DNA of 64,000 nt from Promethearchaeia archaeon (GCA_046483985.1 JAWOCD010000110.1:1-64000), one strand, 5' to 3'. Counted from the stretch's first letter, positions 47,335 through 57,832 are shown. The notes: generated by a model from the letters alone, not told the origin. Made by a program: numbers and translations.

Positions 47335-48291
47335 ATGACTCAAAAAAATTATGTCTTAATTATTGGATCCAGTAATATGGACCTCAACATCTATTCCGAG
47401 CGCTTTCCAAAACCTGGAGAGACCGTGACAGGTGGTACTTTTAAACAATTTTTAGGAGGAAAGGGAGCGAATCAGGCGGTGGCTGCCGCTCGCTCTGGGG
47501 CAGATACCGTATTTATCGGAAAGATCGGCCAAGATAAGTTTGGCGACCAAATGATGGACCAACTGCAGAGCGAAGAAATTAATATTGACCATATTATACG
47601 AGATCCCGAAGAAGCAAGCGGGGTTGCCTTTATTTTGATAAATAACAAAGGGGAAAATATGATAAGTGTTGCACCTGGAGCAAACGCCAAATTATCTCCC
47701 GAAGATCTTAATGACCAAAAGGATATCATTAAAAATGCGTCGGCAATTGTAACCCAGATGGAAATTCCCCTTAAAACCATCGAAAGAATCTATGAATTTG
47801 CCGCGGAGGGAGATACAATAAAGATTTTGAACCCTGCCCCCTTAAAACCGATCCCCAAAACCATTTTACAGAATGTTGATGTCATCATTCCTAATGAGGG
47901 CGAGCTGTATCGTCTCTATAAACTTCTGGGTTTAGGCGATATCTCAGAGAGCTCAAAGGAAGCAATGATAAAAGCTTCGAAAGATATCTCCACGCTTGGG
48001 GTGCAAACCATAATTACTACATTAGGAAAAAGGGGCTCCTTACATTTTGACGCAAGAAAAGAAATTGCTAAAATATTTCCGGCGATAAAGGTCCAAGCAA
48101 AAGATACTGTGGGTGCGGGAGACTGTTTTAATGGAGTCTTAGCCAGCATGCTGACGCAAGGAAAATCCTTTCCAGAGGCAATTAAACATGCAACTGCAGC
48201 GGCAGCTGTCGCCGTGACGCGTGAAGGTGCCCAAAATTCGATGCCAACTCTCAATGAAATTAAGGAGATGGTAAAGAATTTTAATTTTTAA
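47335..48291 (+). CDS. rbsK: Ribokinase
   Basis: GSSNMD, GGKGANQAVAAAR, NPAP, PNEGE, DTVGAGDCF. Confidence 0.95.
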   Translation: MTQKNYVLIIGSSNMDLNIYSERFPKPGETVTGGTFKQFLGGKGANQAVAAARSGADTVFIGKIGQDKFGDQMMDQLQSEEINIDHIIRDPEEASGVAFILINNKGENMISVAPGANAKLSPEDLNDQKDIIKNASAIVTQMEIPLKTIERIYEFAAEGDTIKILNPAPLKPIPKTILQNVDVIIPNEGELYRLYKLLGLGDISESSKEAMIKASKDISTLGVQTIITTLGKRGSLHFDARKEIAKIFPAIKVQAKDTVGAGDCFNGVLASMLTQGKSFPEAIKHATAAAAVAVTREGAQNSMPTLNEIKEMVKNFNF

Positions 48292-48348
48292 GCATTTTTA
48301 TATCATAGTTTAATTTCAACACTTGAAAATACCTATTGGTGTCTGGAA

Positions 48349-49014
48349 ATGAAAAAAGAACTACTTCAGCCGGAACGAGGGACCAAGCTTCGGAGAAATA
48401 AGGAGGATTCATTAACCATTACCATCGATAATAAGTTCCTCCCAAATATATTTATAATCAATGAAACTCGGTTTATCACCGACAACGTTTCTCCGGCAGA
48501 TCTGATTATCAAGCCGAATCATCATTACATGTTGATTAACAAAAACGATGAGCCACTCCCGATACACTACAGTGAAGATATTGGAACCCATCCTATTATA
48601 TATGATCCCTATAAATATGAACAAGCCGAACATAAAAAGCTCTCTGCTGACACATTCCTTGAGAAATATGATATCCCCGAAGGGTACATCGATGTCCTTC
48701 CTAAATGGTATAGTTTCAAATTTACATATCCCGAGTATAATTTGATTTTTATTCGACCTGAATTGGGCATTTCCTTCCAAATTCATCAAGAGCGTTCAGA
48801 GCAATGGGAAATTTTGAAGGGGAGTCCAATTATTCTTAATGGAAATAGGGTATACTATAATGTGGCGAATGGAAGCATATTTGTGATTTCTCAGCAAGAA
48901 TATCACACCGTGATAAATCCCCATTCTGATAATTTTGTATTACTCAAAGAACAGTGGAAGGGAAATTTTGCTGAAGAAGATATTACGCGGGTCTTTAATC
49001 CAAATCACTATTAA
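48349..49014 (+). CDS. Cupin protein, type II mannose-6-phosphate isomerase-like C-terminal domain
   Basis: ISFQIHQERSEQW, H....N, F.EEDI.R. Confidence 0.7.
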   Translation: MKKELLQPERGTKLRRNKEDSLTITIDNKFLPNIFIINETRFITDNVSPADLIIKPNHHYMLINKNDEPLPIHYSEDIGTHPIIYDPYKYEQAEHKKLSADTFLEKYDIPEGYIDVLPKWYSFKFTYPEYNLIFIRPELGISFQIHQERSEQWEILKGSPIILNGNRVYYNVANGSIFVISQQEYHTVINPHSDNFVLLKEQWKGNFAEEDITRVFNPNHY

Positions 49015-49228
49015 TAAGAAGAGATATTAGTCAAAGCCATCGATAAAAAAAGATTTTGGATTGAAATCCAAACGAAACCTTATAAGTTTTATGCTTTTTG
49101 CTTGTTTTTTTCCATATCTTTGAGAGAGTAATAATAAAATTAATAAAATTTCTTCTACTATTTCATTACAAGTTTACAAATTTTATAAAAAAAAATAATA
49201 GTTGTATTATATTTTAAATTGATGTGTT

Positions 49229-49753
49229 ATGGCTCCAGAAAAAGAACCTGAACAAGAAAAGAAGGATTCTTCAGCAGATGGAGAAAGTGCTGAGGAAGAA
49301 GGAGAAGCGGAAGAGGCTGATAAACGTATTGATGCAAAACAAGAATTAAACAAGCTAAAATTCAAATATCGCGGTTATACTATTGAAGAATTGAAAAAAA
49401 TGAGTATGGATCAATTTATCCAACTTTTACCCGCACGAGCACGACGTTCCCTAAAACGTGGATTACCTCCCCGTCAAAAGAAATTACTCCAAAGATTAAG
49501 ACGGGCATATAGAGCAAAAAAGCGAGGGAAGGATTTAATCATCCGTACTCATGTTCGCGACATGCTTATCTTTCCAGAAATGATCGGATTATCTATTGGC
49601 GTATTTAACGGACAACGGTATAAAGTCGTGGATATCAAGCCAAATATGATCGGTCATTATTTAGGGGAATTTGCCCTAACTCGGCAGCGTGTGGAGCATG
49701 GAACGCCAGGAATTGGAGCAACACGAAGTTCAAAATATGTGCCACTAAAATAA
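49229..49753 (+). CDS. rps19p: 30S ribosomal protein uS19 (acidic N-terminal extension)
   Basis: [32 protein letters not shown]. Confidence 0.97.
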   Translation: MAPEKEPEQEKKDSSADGESAEEEGEAEEADKRIDAKQELNKLKFKYRGYTIEELKKMSMDQFIQLLPARARRSLKRGLPPRQKKLLQRLRRAYRAKKRGKDLIIRTHVRDMLIFPEMIGLSIGVFNGQRYKVVDIKPNMIGHYLGEFALTRQRVEHGTPGIGATRSSKYVPLK

Positions 49754-49787
49754 TTCAATATATATAATTTAAGTGTGATTAAGCAGA

Positions 49788-50267
49788 ATGCCGTCATGGA
49801 AATATTCCTTTGAGGAGGCTCGTTATGACAGTGAAAGGTTAGCGAAAGCAGCCGGAAGAGATTTGCGAATTAAACCCAAACACTCGCGGGAAATTTGTAA
49901 TGTAATTAAAGGAATGAAAGTGTATGAAGCCAAATCATTTCTCGAGCAAGTCATAATGAAAGAGCAATCCGTGCCCTTCCGACGTCATAAAAAGAAAGTA
50001 CCACATAGAAAGGACTTAAAACGCTTCAAATGGTATGCCGGAAAATATCCAGTAAAAGCTGCAGCGCGGATTTATGAAGTTTTAACCGCAGTTGAGTCTA
50101 ATGCAGAATACAAAGGTTTAGATGTAGATTTATGCAGAATTATTCATGCTGCCGCCCAACAAGGAAGAAAAATAAAGCGATATATTGAGCGAGCGCATGG
50201 TCGTTCGACAGCCCGATTTAAGCGCTTAACACATATTGAATTAGTGATTTATGAAATTCCAGCTTAA
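49788..50267 (+). CDS. rpl22p: 50S ribosomal protein uL22
   Basis: GKYPVKAA, NAEYKGLD, RAHGR, THIEL. Confidence 0.97.
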   Translation: MPSWKYSFEEARYDSERLAKAAGRDLRIKPKHSREICNVIKGMKVYEAKSFLEQVIMKEQSVPFRRHKKKVPHRKDLKRFKWYAGKYPVKAAARIYEVLTAVESNAEYKGLDVDLCRIIHAAAQQGRKIKRYIERAHGRSTARFKRLTHIELVIYEIPA

Positions 50268-50325
50268 ATTAAATGTGAAAAATGATTGTATTAGTAGAAA
50301 AAAATATGGAGAAACGACTTAAATA

Positions 50326-51162
50326 ATGCCCTTAGCAAAAAAATTTATTGAAAACGGAATAAAATTGATGCAAATTAACGAATACCTGAGGTCCGAGTTA
50401 GATAGAGCGGGTTTTGCAGGTATTGATTTTAACAAGACTCCATTAGGAGTACGCATTACTCTCAGAACTTCTCGGCCAGGACTTGTAATCGGTAAGGGAG
50501 GAAGTCGTATTCGTGAAATTACAGAGGAACTAAAGAATAATTTCGGTTTAGAAATGCCTCAAATTGAGGTTGAAGAGGTCAAAAGACCAGATCTTAATGC
50601 CCAAATTATGGCGGAACGTTTAGCATATTCTCTCGACAGAGGGAGACACTATCGGAGAGCGGGCTATTATATCTTACGTAAAATAATGGATGCGGGCGCA
50701 TTGGGAGCTGAAATAACAATATCTGGAAAGGTGACTTCTCAAAGATCGAGGACGCAAATCTTTAGATCAGGAATAATGACGAAGAGTGGTCATCCCGCCC
50801 AAGAGGCAGTAGATAAAGGTTTATCAACATGTATACAAAAATCTGGCGTATTAGGTATTATTGTAAAAATTTTACATTCAGATTATGTAGCTGGTGACGA
50901 AGTAAAAATCAAACATAATTTACTGGAAAAAGCGCAGAAGGAGAAAAAGAACGAAAAAGCCAAGAAGGCGGCTAAGGCTGAGGCAGAAGCAAAAGCTGAA
51001 GATGAAGAATATGAGATCGAAGAGGAAGAGCGAGAACTAACCGCCGCAGAGCGGGAATTATTTGATGATATTGATGAGGAAGAGGAAGATATCAAAGAAA
51101 TTTCATTAAAACCTTCAGAAAATGAAGATGAAGAAGAAAAGAATGAAGAAGAATCAGAATAA
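50326..51162 (+). CDS. rps3p: 30S ribosomal protein uS3 (long acidic C-terminal tail)
   Basis: RPGLVIGKGG KH motif, GA.GAEITISGK. Confidence 0.97.
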   Translation: MPLAKKFIENGIKLMQINEYLRSELDRAGFAGIDFNKTPLGVRITLRTSRPGLVIGKGGSRIREITEELKNNFGLEMPQIEVEEVKRPDLNAQIMAERLAYSLDRGRHYRRAGYYILRKIMDAGALGAEITISGKVTSQRSRTQIFRSGIMTKSGHPAQEAVDKGLSTCIQKSGVLGIIVKILHSDYVAGDEVKIKHNLLEKAQKEKKNEKAKKAAKAEAEAKAEDEEYEIEEEERELTAAERELFDDIDEEEEDIKEISLKPSENEDEEEKNEEESE

Positions 51163-51178
51163 AAAGGTGAGATAATAA

Positions 51179-51382
51179 ATGGGAATAATTAAAGCTTCAG
51201 ATGTACGAGAAATGTCAGTAGAAGAGCGTCAGAGGGCGCTTAAAGAATTGCGAGAAGAATTAATGATGTTACGCTCTATGCAAACGGGAGGAGGTCTCCA
51301 AGATAACCCCGCAAAAAGTAAGATCTTAAAAAAGCAAATCGCTAGAATCTTGACAGTAATGAATGAGAGTAAGGAACAATGA
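51179..51382 (+). CDS. rpl29p: 50S ribosomal protein uL29
   Basis: ELREEL..., NP....KKQIARILTVMNE. Confidence 0.95.
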   Translation: MGIIKASDVREMSVEERQRALKELREELMMLRSMQTGGGLQDNPAKSKILKKQIARILTVMNESKEQ

Positions 51383-51693
51383 AGTATAATCCTAATTATT
51401 TAATTTATCATGATCTCATTGGAATTCATAGTTATGCACGAAATAAATTCCATTCACATCAGTCACAATTCGCAGATATTGGTGTCGTGATTGATGACAC
51501 GGAACAATTATTATTTACCAAAATAAATGAAACAACTAAAAAATATATTAAAAAAGATTATTTATTTCGGTTTTCCCTGCCCGAAACTACGTGGGGAGAA
51601 TCAGTTTTATTAGAAGTGGACGGGACAAGGATAGTTGGACGTCCCGAAAACCGATTAAGATCATTAAGAAAAAAGAGATGGTATAAAATATGA
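51379..51693 (+). CDS. rnp1: Ribonuclease P protein component 1 (Rpp29)
   Basis: HDLIG, GVVIDDT, VDG..IVGRPENR; conserved operon position. Confidence 0.9.
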   Translation: MKYNPNYLIYHDLIGIHSYARNKFHSHQSQFADIGVVIDDTEQLLFTKINETTKKYIKKDYLFRFSLPETTWGESVLLEVDGTRIVGRPENRLRSLRKKRWYKI

Positions 51694-52037
51694 GTAGAAA
51701 TATAGGAGTACCGAATGTAAGTCCTCCACCAAAAATATGCTCGGACAAATATTGTCCGTTTCATGGAACAACCCGTATTCGGGGGAAGATCACCACTGGG
51801 GAAGTGGTGAGTAAAAAATCCAATAATACGGTTATCATTCGACAAGATTATGTACATTTCGTCCCCAAATATCAACGATATGAGCGCAGAAATACTCGAA
51901 TTACGTGTCATTTACCCGGGTGTTTAAATGATAAAGTAACAGTGGGCGATGATGTAATTATAGGTGAATCACGGAAGATTTCAAAAACCAAGGCTTTTAT
52001 TGTATTAGATAAAGTTTCAAAGGAGGAAGTGATTTAA
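51690..52037 (+). CDS. rps17p: 30S ribosomal protein uS17
   Basis: DKYCPFHG, PKYQRYERR, GESRKISKTK. Confidence 0.97.
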   Translation: MSRNIGVPNVSPPPKICSDKYCPFHGTTRIRGKITTGEVVSKKSNNTVIIRQDYVHFVPKYQRYERRNTRITCHLPGCLNDKVTVGDDVIIGESRKISKTKAFIVLDKVSKEEVI

Positions 52038-52038
52038 A

Positions 52039-52470
52039 ATGGGTACACGTAGAAAAACGGGTCGAAAACGATTAGTAAAGCCCCGTACTTCCTATGGAGT
52101 TCAAAATGGCTCAAAAATCTTCATTACCGATAATTCTGGTGCCAAAATTGGTGAAATTTTAAATGTGGACCATTCTAAAACCCGTTTACGAAGGCTTCCC
52201 AAAGCGACTGTCGGGGACGTAGTTACTGTATCAATTAAGAAAGGAAAAAGTGAGCTTCGGGGTCAGATTATGAAAGCGGTGATTGTCAGACAAAGAAGAA
52301 TCTACCGGAGACCCGATGGAACTCGCTTAAGCTTTGAGGATAACGCGGGAGTCATTATTATGGGGGATGGATTGGGTTCACCAAAAGGTACTGAAATTCG
52401 AGGACCTATTGCTCGGGAAGCCGCAGAATTATTTCCACGCATAGCATCCATCTCATCATTAATTATTTAA
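52039..52470 (+). CDS. rpl14p: 50S ribosomal protein uL14
   Basis: DNSGAK, AVIVRQ, FEDNAGV, KGTEIRGPIA. Confidence 0.97.
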   Translation: MGTRRKTGRKRLVKPRTSYGVQNGSKIFITDNSGAKIGEILNVDHSKTRLRRLPKATVGDVVTVSIKKGKSELRGQIMKAVIVRQRRIYRRPDGTRLSFEDNAGVIIMGDGLGSPKGTEIRGPIAREAAELFPRIASISSLII

Positions 52471-52509
52471 TTATGTAACTAAATTATATATGAAAAGTGA
52501 ATAAGATAT

Positions 52510-52965
52510 ATGAAAATTCCCAGCAAAAAACCTAAAAAACAAAGGAAGTCCCTCAAAACTGCAAAAAATCATCAGAGATCGAAATTGTTATCCACTCGAT
52601 TAGCCGATTTTCTGCAGGAAGAGTATGGAGTTAAACAATTACCGCTTCGAGTTGGCGACTCAATTCGCATCGTCAAGGGAGAGTTTAAGGATTTCGAAGG
52701 TGAGGTGGTTGAGATTGATTCCAAGAAACAGAGAGCTAAAATCAAAGAAGCGGTCTTTGAAAAAACAGACGGAACTGAATTTCATCCGTCTATCCATATT
52801 TCCAACCTAATTATTACCAGTTTCAAAGAAGAAGGAAAAAAGATGGATCCTTGGAGAGCGCACATGATTGAACGGAAAGAGGCGTTTCTCTATGATGAAG
52901 AAATCTTAGCACCAAAAAAAGAAAAAGCAAAAATGGAAAAAGGAAAAAAAGAGGTTAGAGAATAA
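52510..52965 (+). CDS. rpl24p: 50S ribosomal protein uL24
   Basis: SKKPKKQRK, KOW motif GDSIRIVKG, IHISNL. Confidence 0.95.
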   Translation: MKIPSKKPKKQRKSLKTAKNHQRSKLLSTRLADFLQEEYGVKQLPLRVGDSIRIVKGEFKDFEGEVVEIDSKKQRAKIKEAVFEKTDGTEFHPSIHISNLIITSFKEEGKKMDPWRAHMIERKEAFLYDEEILAPKKEKAKMEKGKKEVRE

Positions 52966-53720
52966 TGACGAGACATTCAGGTCAAAAAAGATTAAAACGA
53001 TTTAATACTCCAAAGTATTTCCAAATTAAGCGAAAACATGGAAAATTTACGGTGAAACCATCTTCAGGACCTCACCCCAGTAAGTTTTGTTTGCCCCTTT
53101 CACATATCCTCCGAGATATTTTGAAGATCTGTGATAGTTTTAGAGAAGCGAAAAAGCTTCTTCAATTGGGGGTAGCCAAAGTGGATGGTCGTGTGGTACG
53201 TGATGTGGCTTTTCCATTAGGGTTAATGGATGTATTAACACTTAAAGATAAATTATATTATCGTGTTCTTCCGCATTCACATTATGGATTAATTTTACAA
53301 GAAATTGACGAAGCCGCCAGCCAGTTTAAAATCTGTCGAATAAACGAGAAAACGACCGTCAAGGGCGGAAATATTCAATTAAATCTCCATGATGGAAGAA
53401 ACATTTTGATTGAAGTGAAGGATCCGGAAGAACCAAAAGAAGATGTCTATCAACGAATGGATGTTCTAAAAATATCCGTTCCGGAACAAGAAATTTTACA
53501 AACAATCAAATTACAAACAGGCGCAATTGGGCTGATCATCGATGGATTGAACATCGGGAACTTCGGCAAGATTGTGGAAATTTCCAAGCGATTTGGACCT
53601 AATGCAAGTACTGTAACTATTGAAGATGAGGAAGGAAATTTGATTCAAACTTCTTACGATTATATCTTTCCCTTAGGAACCGAAGCGCCTGAAATTGAAA
53701 TAGAAAAGGAATCTGAATAG
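52965..53720 (+). CDS. rps4e: 30S ribosomal protein eS4
   Basis: LKR..TP, PSSGPH, KVDG.V..D..FPLGLMDV, LHDGRN. Confidence 0.97.
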   Translation: MTRHSGQKRLKRFNTPKYFQIKRKHGKFTVKPSSGPHPSKFCLPLSHILRDILKICDSFREAKKLLQLGVAKVDGRVVRDVAFPLGLMDVLTLKDKLYYRVLPHSHYGLILQEIDEAASQFKICRINEKTTVKGGNIQLNLHDGRNILIEVKDPEEPKEDVYQRMDVLKISVPEQEILQTIKLQTGAIGLIIDGLNIGNFGKIVEISKRFGPNASTVTIEDEEGNLIQTSYDYIFPLGTEAPEIEIEKESE

Positions 53721-53745
53721 ATAAATATAAATGGTGAAATAAAGT

Positions 53746-54327
53746 ATGGCAAAAACGACTCAACAATTAAGTCCCACGGACTATGATGAAAAGTGGAAAA
53801 ATCCCATGAAACGTCCGTTTCTTGAGAAATTAGTGCTTAGTATCGGTGTCGGAGGTGGAGGGGAAGAATTAGAAAGAGCGGTTGCTGTCTTGCGTACGAT
53901 CACAGGAAAAGAACCGAAGCGTACACTTTCTAAAAAGAATGTTAAAGAATGGGATGTGAGGAAAGGTCGTCCCGTTGGCTGTAAGGTTACAGTTAGGAAC
54001 GAGGAAGCGGAGAAATTACTTAAACGCTTATTAATCGTTAATAACAATAAAATGCTCAGAGAAAGTTTTGATGACCGGGGCAACTTTGGCTTCGGGATCA
54101 AGGAACACATTTCCATCCCGGGCATAGAATATGATAATGCAATCGGGATATATGGATTAAATGTAACAGGGCGAATTGTTCGTCCAGGGATGCGTGTACA
54201 GACTCGGCGAATACGCAGAGCAAAAATCCCAAAAGATCATTATGTGTCAAGAGATGAGGCACAATACTATTTAAAGAAAAAGTTTGATATAGAAATTGTC
54301 GAAGAACTAGAATTAGATTATATTTAA
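53746..54327 (+). CDS. rpl5p: 50S ribosomal protein uL5
   Basis: NPMK, GCKVTVR, FDDRGNFGFGIKEHI. Confidence 0.97.
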   Translation: MAKTTQQLSPTDYDEKWKNPMKRPFLEKLVLSIGVGGGGEELERAVAVLRTITGKEPKRTLSKKNVKEWDVRKGRPVGCKVTVRNEEAEKLLKRLLIVNNNKMLRESFDDRGNFGFGIKEHISIPGIEYDNAIGIYGLNVTGRIVRPGMRVQTRRIRRAKIPKDHYVSRDEAQYYLKKKFDIEIVEELELDYI

Positions 54328-54357
54328 ATTTATTATATTAAAAAGAGGAAGATTATT

Positions 54358-54507
54358 ATTCCACAAAATAAAAAATATGGAAAAGGAACTCGAACTTGTC
54401 GGCGCTGTGGCACAAATCGCGCCATTATTCGGCGTTATGGGTTAAATATCTGCCGCAGATGTTTTAATGAGGTTGCCGAAAAAATAGGGTTCGAAAGTTT
54501 CCATTAA
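54358..54507 (+). CDS. rps14p: 30S ribosomal protein uS14 (zinc-binding), missing from ORF track; ATT start
   Basis: Translates (M)PQNKKYGKGTRTCRRCGTNRAIIRRYGLNICRRCFNEVAEKIGFESFH*; lies between uL5 and uS8. Confidence 0.95.
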   Translation: MPQNKKYGKGTRTCRRCGTNRAIIRRYGLNICRRCFNEVAEKIGFESFH

Positions 54508-54528
54508 CAAAAAGGAGGTTTATTAAGA

Positions 54529-54912
54529 ATGGTTAATCCACTAGCAGACGCAATGAATATGCTTAAGAATGCCGAAGCGGCACGTAAAAAAGAAGTAATT
54601 ATTAGTCCTGCGTCCAAATTAATTCAAAGGGTCCTTAGAATTTTCCAAAAATATGCTTATATCGGGGAATTCGAAAGATATGATGATGGACGACAAGGAA
54701 AGTTTAAAGTATCCCTTTTAGGAAAAATTAATGAGTGCAAAAAGCTCCTTCGGCTAAATTATAAAGTTGATCAATTATCAAAATTAGAAAGAAAAAATTT
54801 ACCTGCCCCAGGCTTCGGCTTGGTTATAATCAGTACCAATCAAGGATTAATGACAAGCAGAGAAGCGGGAAAAAAAAATATTGGGGGAGTAGCAATAGCA
54901 TTTGTATATTAA
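54529..54912 (+). CDS. rps8p: 30S ribosomal protein uS8
   Basis: PLADA, YIGEFE, ISTNQGLM, IGG. Confidence 0.97.
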   Translation: MVNPLADAMNMLKNAEAARKKEVIISPASKLIQRVLRIFQKYAYIGEFERYDDGRQGKFKVSLLGKINECKKLLRLNYKVDQLSKLERKNLPAPGFGLVIISTNQGLMTSREAGKKNIGGVAIAFVY

Positions 54913-54932
54913 TGTAGCGAGGATGATTAAAA

Positions 54933-55517
54933 ATGGTAAAAGTAGCATTTTTTAGAGAAACAATCGACATCCCTGAGGATGTAGATGTGCAAGTTGAAGA
55001 AAATAGTAAAGTTACGATTAAAGGCCCAGAAGGAGGACCGTTGGAAAAGGATTTTTCTCATGCTCGAGGCATTAAAATTTCTAAAGAGAATGATCAATTA
55101 GTATTTTCAGCCAATTTCCCGAAGGGATCTACCGTTAGCTTGGCTAATACTATCATTAATATAGTCCAAAACATCATTAAAGGGGTACAAAAATCCTACA
55201 AATATGTATGCAAGATATGTAGCTCTCACTTTCCTTTCACCGTTGAGGTTAAAGAGCGGAAAAAGGAATTACATGTTGTTAATTTTCTCGGCGAGAAAGC
55301 TCCACGTGTGATAAAATATAAACCATCGTTAATGGATGTCGAAGTAAAAGATGATGATGTTTATTTAATTGGACCCGACAAGGAACTTTTAGGCCAAGTT
55401 GCTGCAAATCTCAAGAAAATATGTCATATTAAACTAAAAGATCCCAGAATCTATCAAGATGGAGTTTATTTATTCCAAAAGAAGTTAGGAAACAAAATTT
55501 TATGGGAAATACGTTAA
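54933..55517 (+). CDS. rpl6p: 50S ribosomal protein uL6
   Basis: SHFP, NFLGEKAPR, GQVAAN, DPRIYQDGVY. Confidence 0.97.
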   Translation: MVKVAFFRETIDIPEDVDVQVEENSKVTIKGPEGGPLEKDFSHARGIKISKENDQLVFSANFPKGSTVSLANTIINIVQNIIKGVQKSYKYVCKICSSHFPFTVEVKERKKELHVVNFLGEKAPRVIKYKPSLMDVEVKDDDVYLIGPDKELLGQVAANLKKICHIKLKDPRIYQDGVYLFQKKLGNKILWEIR

Positions 55518-55594
55518 TAAAATTAAATAATACAAAATATTTTTAATCAGCAAACTCATCAATATTGAATTATGTTTATGAAAGAGTGTCTAAA

Positions 55595-56128
55595 ATGAGT
55601 AATGAAAAAGAAAGATTAATGAAACTTCGGAAGAAATTAAAGAAAAAGAAACCGTCGTTTAACCGGGTGGAATCGTGGCGCCATAAACGCGTTAAGGATT
55701 CCTGGAGGAAAGCGCGTGGTATCGATTCCAAAACAAGGAAAAAAACAAAATCCGGTGTCAAATCGCCTAATGTAGGCTATAGAAGCCCGAAAGCTGTGCG
55801 TGGCTTACATCCCTCTGGCTATGAAGAAGTACATGTGATTACCAAGAAAGATATTGAAGGATTGGATCCTAACAAACAAGCATTGACTCTTTCTGGGAGA
55901 TTAGGCGCCCGAAAACGTATGGATTTGATCGATTATGCCCAAAAAAGAGGCTTTAAAATTTTGAATTTGGGTGTTTCAGAAGCAGAGTTAGAAAGTATTG
56001 AGGAAATGTTGGAGACCTCTATTGAGGATATTGAAGGCTTTGAAGATTTTGATGAGGAAGAATTGGGAGGATTTGAGGAAGAAGATTTTGAAGATTTTGA
56101 TTTTGAAGATTTTGATGAGGAAATATAA
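55595..56128 (+). CDS. rpl32e: 50S ribosomal protein eL32 with acidic repetitive C-terminal tail
   Basis: WRKARGIDSK, GYRSP..VRGLHPSG; ATG at 55595 preferred to TTG at 55565. Confidence 0.95.
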   Translation: MSNEKERLMKLRKKLKKKKPSFNRVESWRHKRVKDSWRKARGIDSKTRKKTKSGVKSPNVGYRSPKAVRGLHPSGYEEVHVITKKDIEGLDPNKQALTLSGRLGARKRMDLIDYAQKRGFKILNLGVSEAELESIEEMLETSIEDIEGFEDFDEEELGGFEEEDFEDFDFEDFDEEI

Positions 56129-56153
56129 ATACCGAAAGGAGGAATGAGAAGAA

Positions 56154-56609
56154 ATGAATTTAAAGGCTCAAAAGCGAATGGCTGCGGATATTCTCAAATG
56201 TGGGGAATCTCAAGTATACTTTGACCCGTATTTAATCGAGGATATCAAATTGGCCATCACTCGAGATGATATTCGGAGTTTAATTAAAGAGGGGGCAATT
56301 CGCAAAAGATATGAAAAGGGAATTTCAAAAAGCAGAAAGAAAAGACAACATCAACGGAAAAAAAAGGGAAGAGCTCGCGGTTTGGGAAAAAGAAAAGGCA
56401 CGAAAAAAGCCCGGACCCCGAAAAAAAAATCGTGGATTCAAAGAATTCGCCCACAAAGAAAAGAGTTAAAAAAATTACGTGATCGAAAATCCATAACACG
56501 TTCGACATATCGGGATTTATATAAGAAAGCAAAAGGTGGGATGTTTGATAGCGTCCGGCAACTTCACAAGTATATAGAGGAAAATGACTTAATGCGGAGG
56601 GGAAGATAA
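56154..56609 (+). CDS. rpl19e: 50S ribosomal protein eL19
   Basis: QKRMAADILKCG, GKRKGTKKAR, LYKKAKGG. Confidence 0.97.
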   Translation: MNLKAQKRMAADILKCGESQVYFDPYLIEDIKLAITRDDIRSLIKEGAIRKRYEKGISKSRKKRQHQRKKKGRARGLGKRKGTKKARTPKKKSWIQRIRPQRKELKKLRDRKSITRSTYRDLYKKAKGGMFDSVRQLHKYIEENDLMRRGR

Positions 56610-56611
56610 AA

Positions 56612-57205
56612 ATGGCAAAAGGACCGAGATATAGACGACCATTCCGAAGAAGGGTAGAAGGAAAAACGAACTATCATAGAAGATTAAAATTAATCAAGTC
56701 CCGAAAGCTTCGGTTAGTAATTCGGGTTTCTTCTAACCATGCAAGAGTGCAAGTAGTTAAATCAAAAATCGGAGGCGATGAGGTGCTAGTTTCAGCCTTT
56801 TCAAAAGAGCTTGTGAATGATTATGGATGGGATGCAAATACTGGAAATATTCCTGCTGCCTATTTAACGGGTTATTTGGCTGGAAAACGAGCACAAGAAG
56901 AGGGCATTGAAGAGGCAATTCTTGATTTAGGTCTTTTTTATCATCGAAATCGGGTATTAAGTGCGTTTAAAGGATTTTTAGAATCTAAAATTTTAGTTCC
57001 TTATAGAGAGGACTTTTTTCCGGATGGATTAAAAGACCAGATTGATGGCGCTCATATTCAAAATTATGCGAAAACTCTTAAAAATTCAGATAAAGAAGAA
57101 TATGAAGAAGTATTTTCAGGGTATTTACAAGAAAAAAAAATGGATCCTACTAAATTTACGAAACATTTTCAAAAAATTTTAAAAAAAATAGATAAAAACT
57201 TTTAA
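56612..57205 (+). CDS. rpl18p: 50S ribosomal protein uL18
   Basis: RRRVEGKTNY, N.PAAYLTG, LDLGL. Confidence 0.97.
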   Translation: MAKGPRYRRPFRRRVEGKTNYHRRLKLIKSRKLRLVIRVSSNHARVQVVKSKIGGDEVLVSAFSKELVNDYGWDANTGNIPAAYLTGYLAGKRAQEEGIEEAILDLGLFYHRNRVLSAFKGFLESKILVPYREDFFPDGLKDQIDGAHIQNYAKTLKNSDKEEYEEVFSGYLQEKKMDPTKFTKHFQKILKKIDKNF

Positions 57206-57217
57206 ATGTGAAATAAT

Positions 57218-57832
57218 ATGGCTAGAAAAAAGGAAAATCTTAAAAAATGGGTTCCGAAAACGAAACTCGGAGATCAAGTCAAAAATGGATTAATCACATT
57301 AGATAAAATTTACCAGAAAAATCTAATTGTGAAAGAGAAAGAAATCATTTCTATGCTTTTACCCGAACTCACAGAAGATGTCATTACAATTTCAATGGTT
57401 CAGCAAATGACTACTTCTGGCCAGAAAAGAAGATTTAAAGCAGTAGTAATTGTGGGAACTGAAGGATATTTGGGAATCGCGACTTCAAAATCTCCTGAAG
57501 TGGGACCCGCAATTCGTTCGGCGATTGATAAAGCAAAATTAAATTTAATACCAGTTAGGCGGGGCTGCGGTAGTAAAGAATGTGGGTGCGGCGGAAATCA
57601 TAGTATACCCTTCCGTATAGAAGGTAAATGCGGTTCAGTCCGTATCCATTTAATACCTGCGCCAGCTGGTGTTGGCTTAGCATGTGCTGATAAAGTTAAG
57701 CAAGTATTAAGCTTATGTGGTATCCAAGATATTTGGAGCAAGACATTCGGAGATACTCGTACGAGTGAAAATCTGGTAAAAGCCACGTTTAATGCACTTC
57801 GTAATGCACATAAATATTCCTATAATTTATGA
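57218..57832 (+). CDS. rps5p: 30S ribosomal protein uS5
   Basis: WVPKTKLG, GKCGSV, PAPAGVGL, N.VKATFNAL. Confidence 0.97.
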   Translation: MARKKENLKKWVPKTKLGDQVKNGLITLDKIYQKNLIVKEKEIISMLLPELTEDVITISMVQQMTTSGQKRRFKAVVIVGTEGYLGIATSKSPEVGPAIRSAIDKAKLNLIPVRRGCGSKECGCGGNHSIPFRIEGKCGSVRIHLIPAPAGVGLACADKVKQVLSLCGIQDIWSKTFGDTRTSENLVKATFNALRNAHKYSYNL

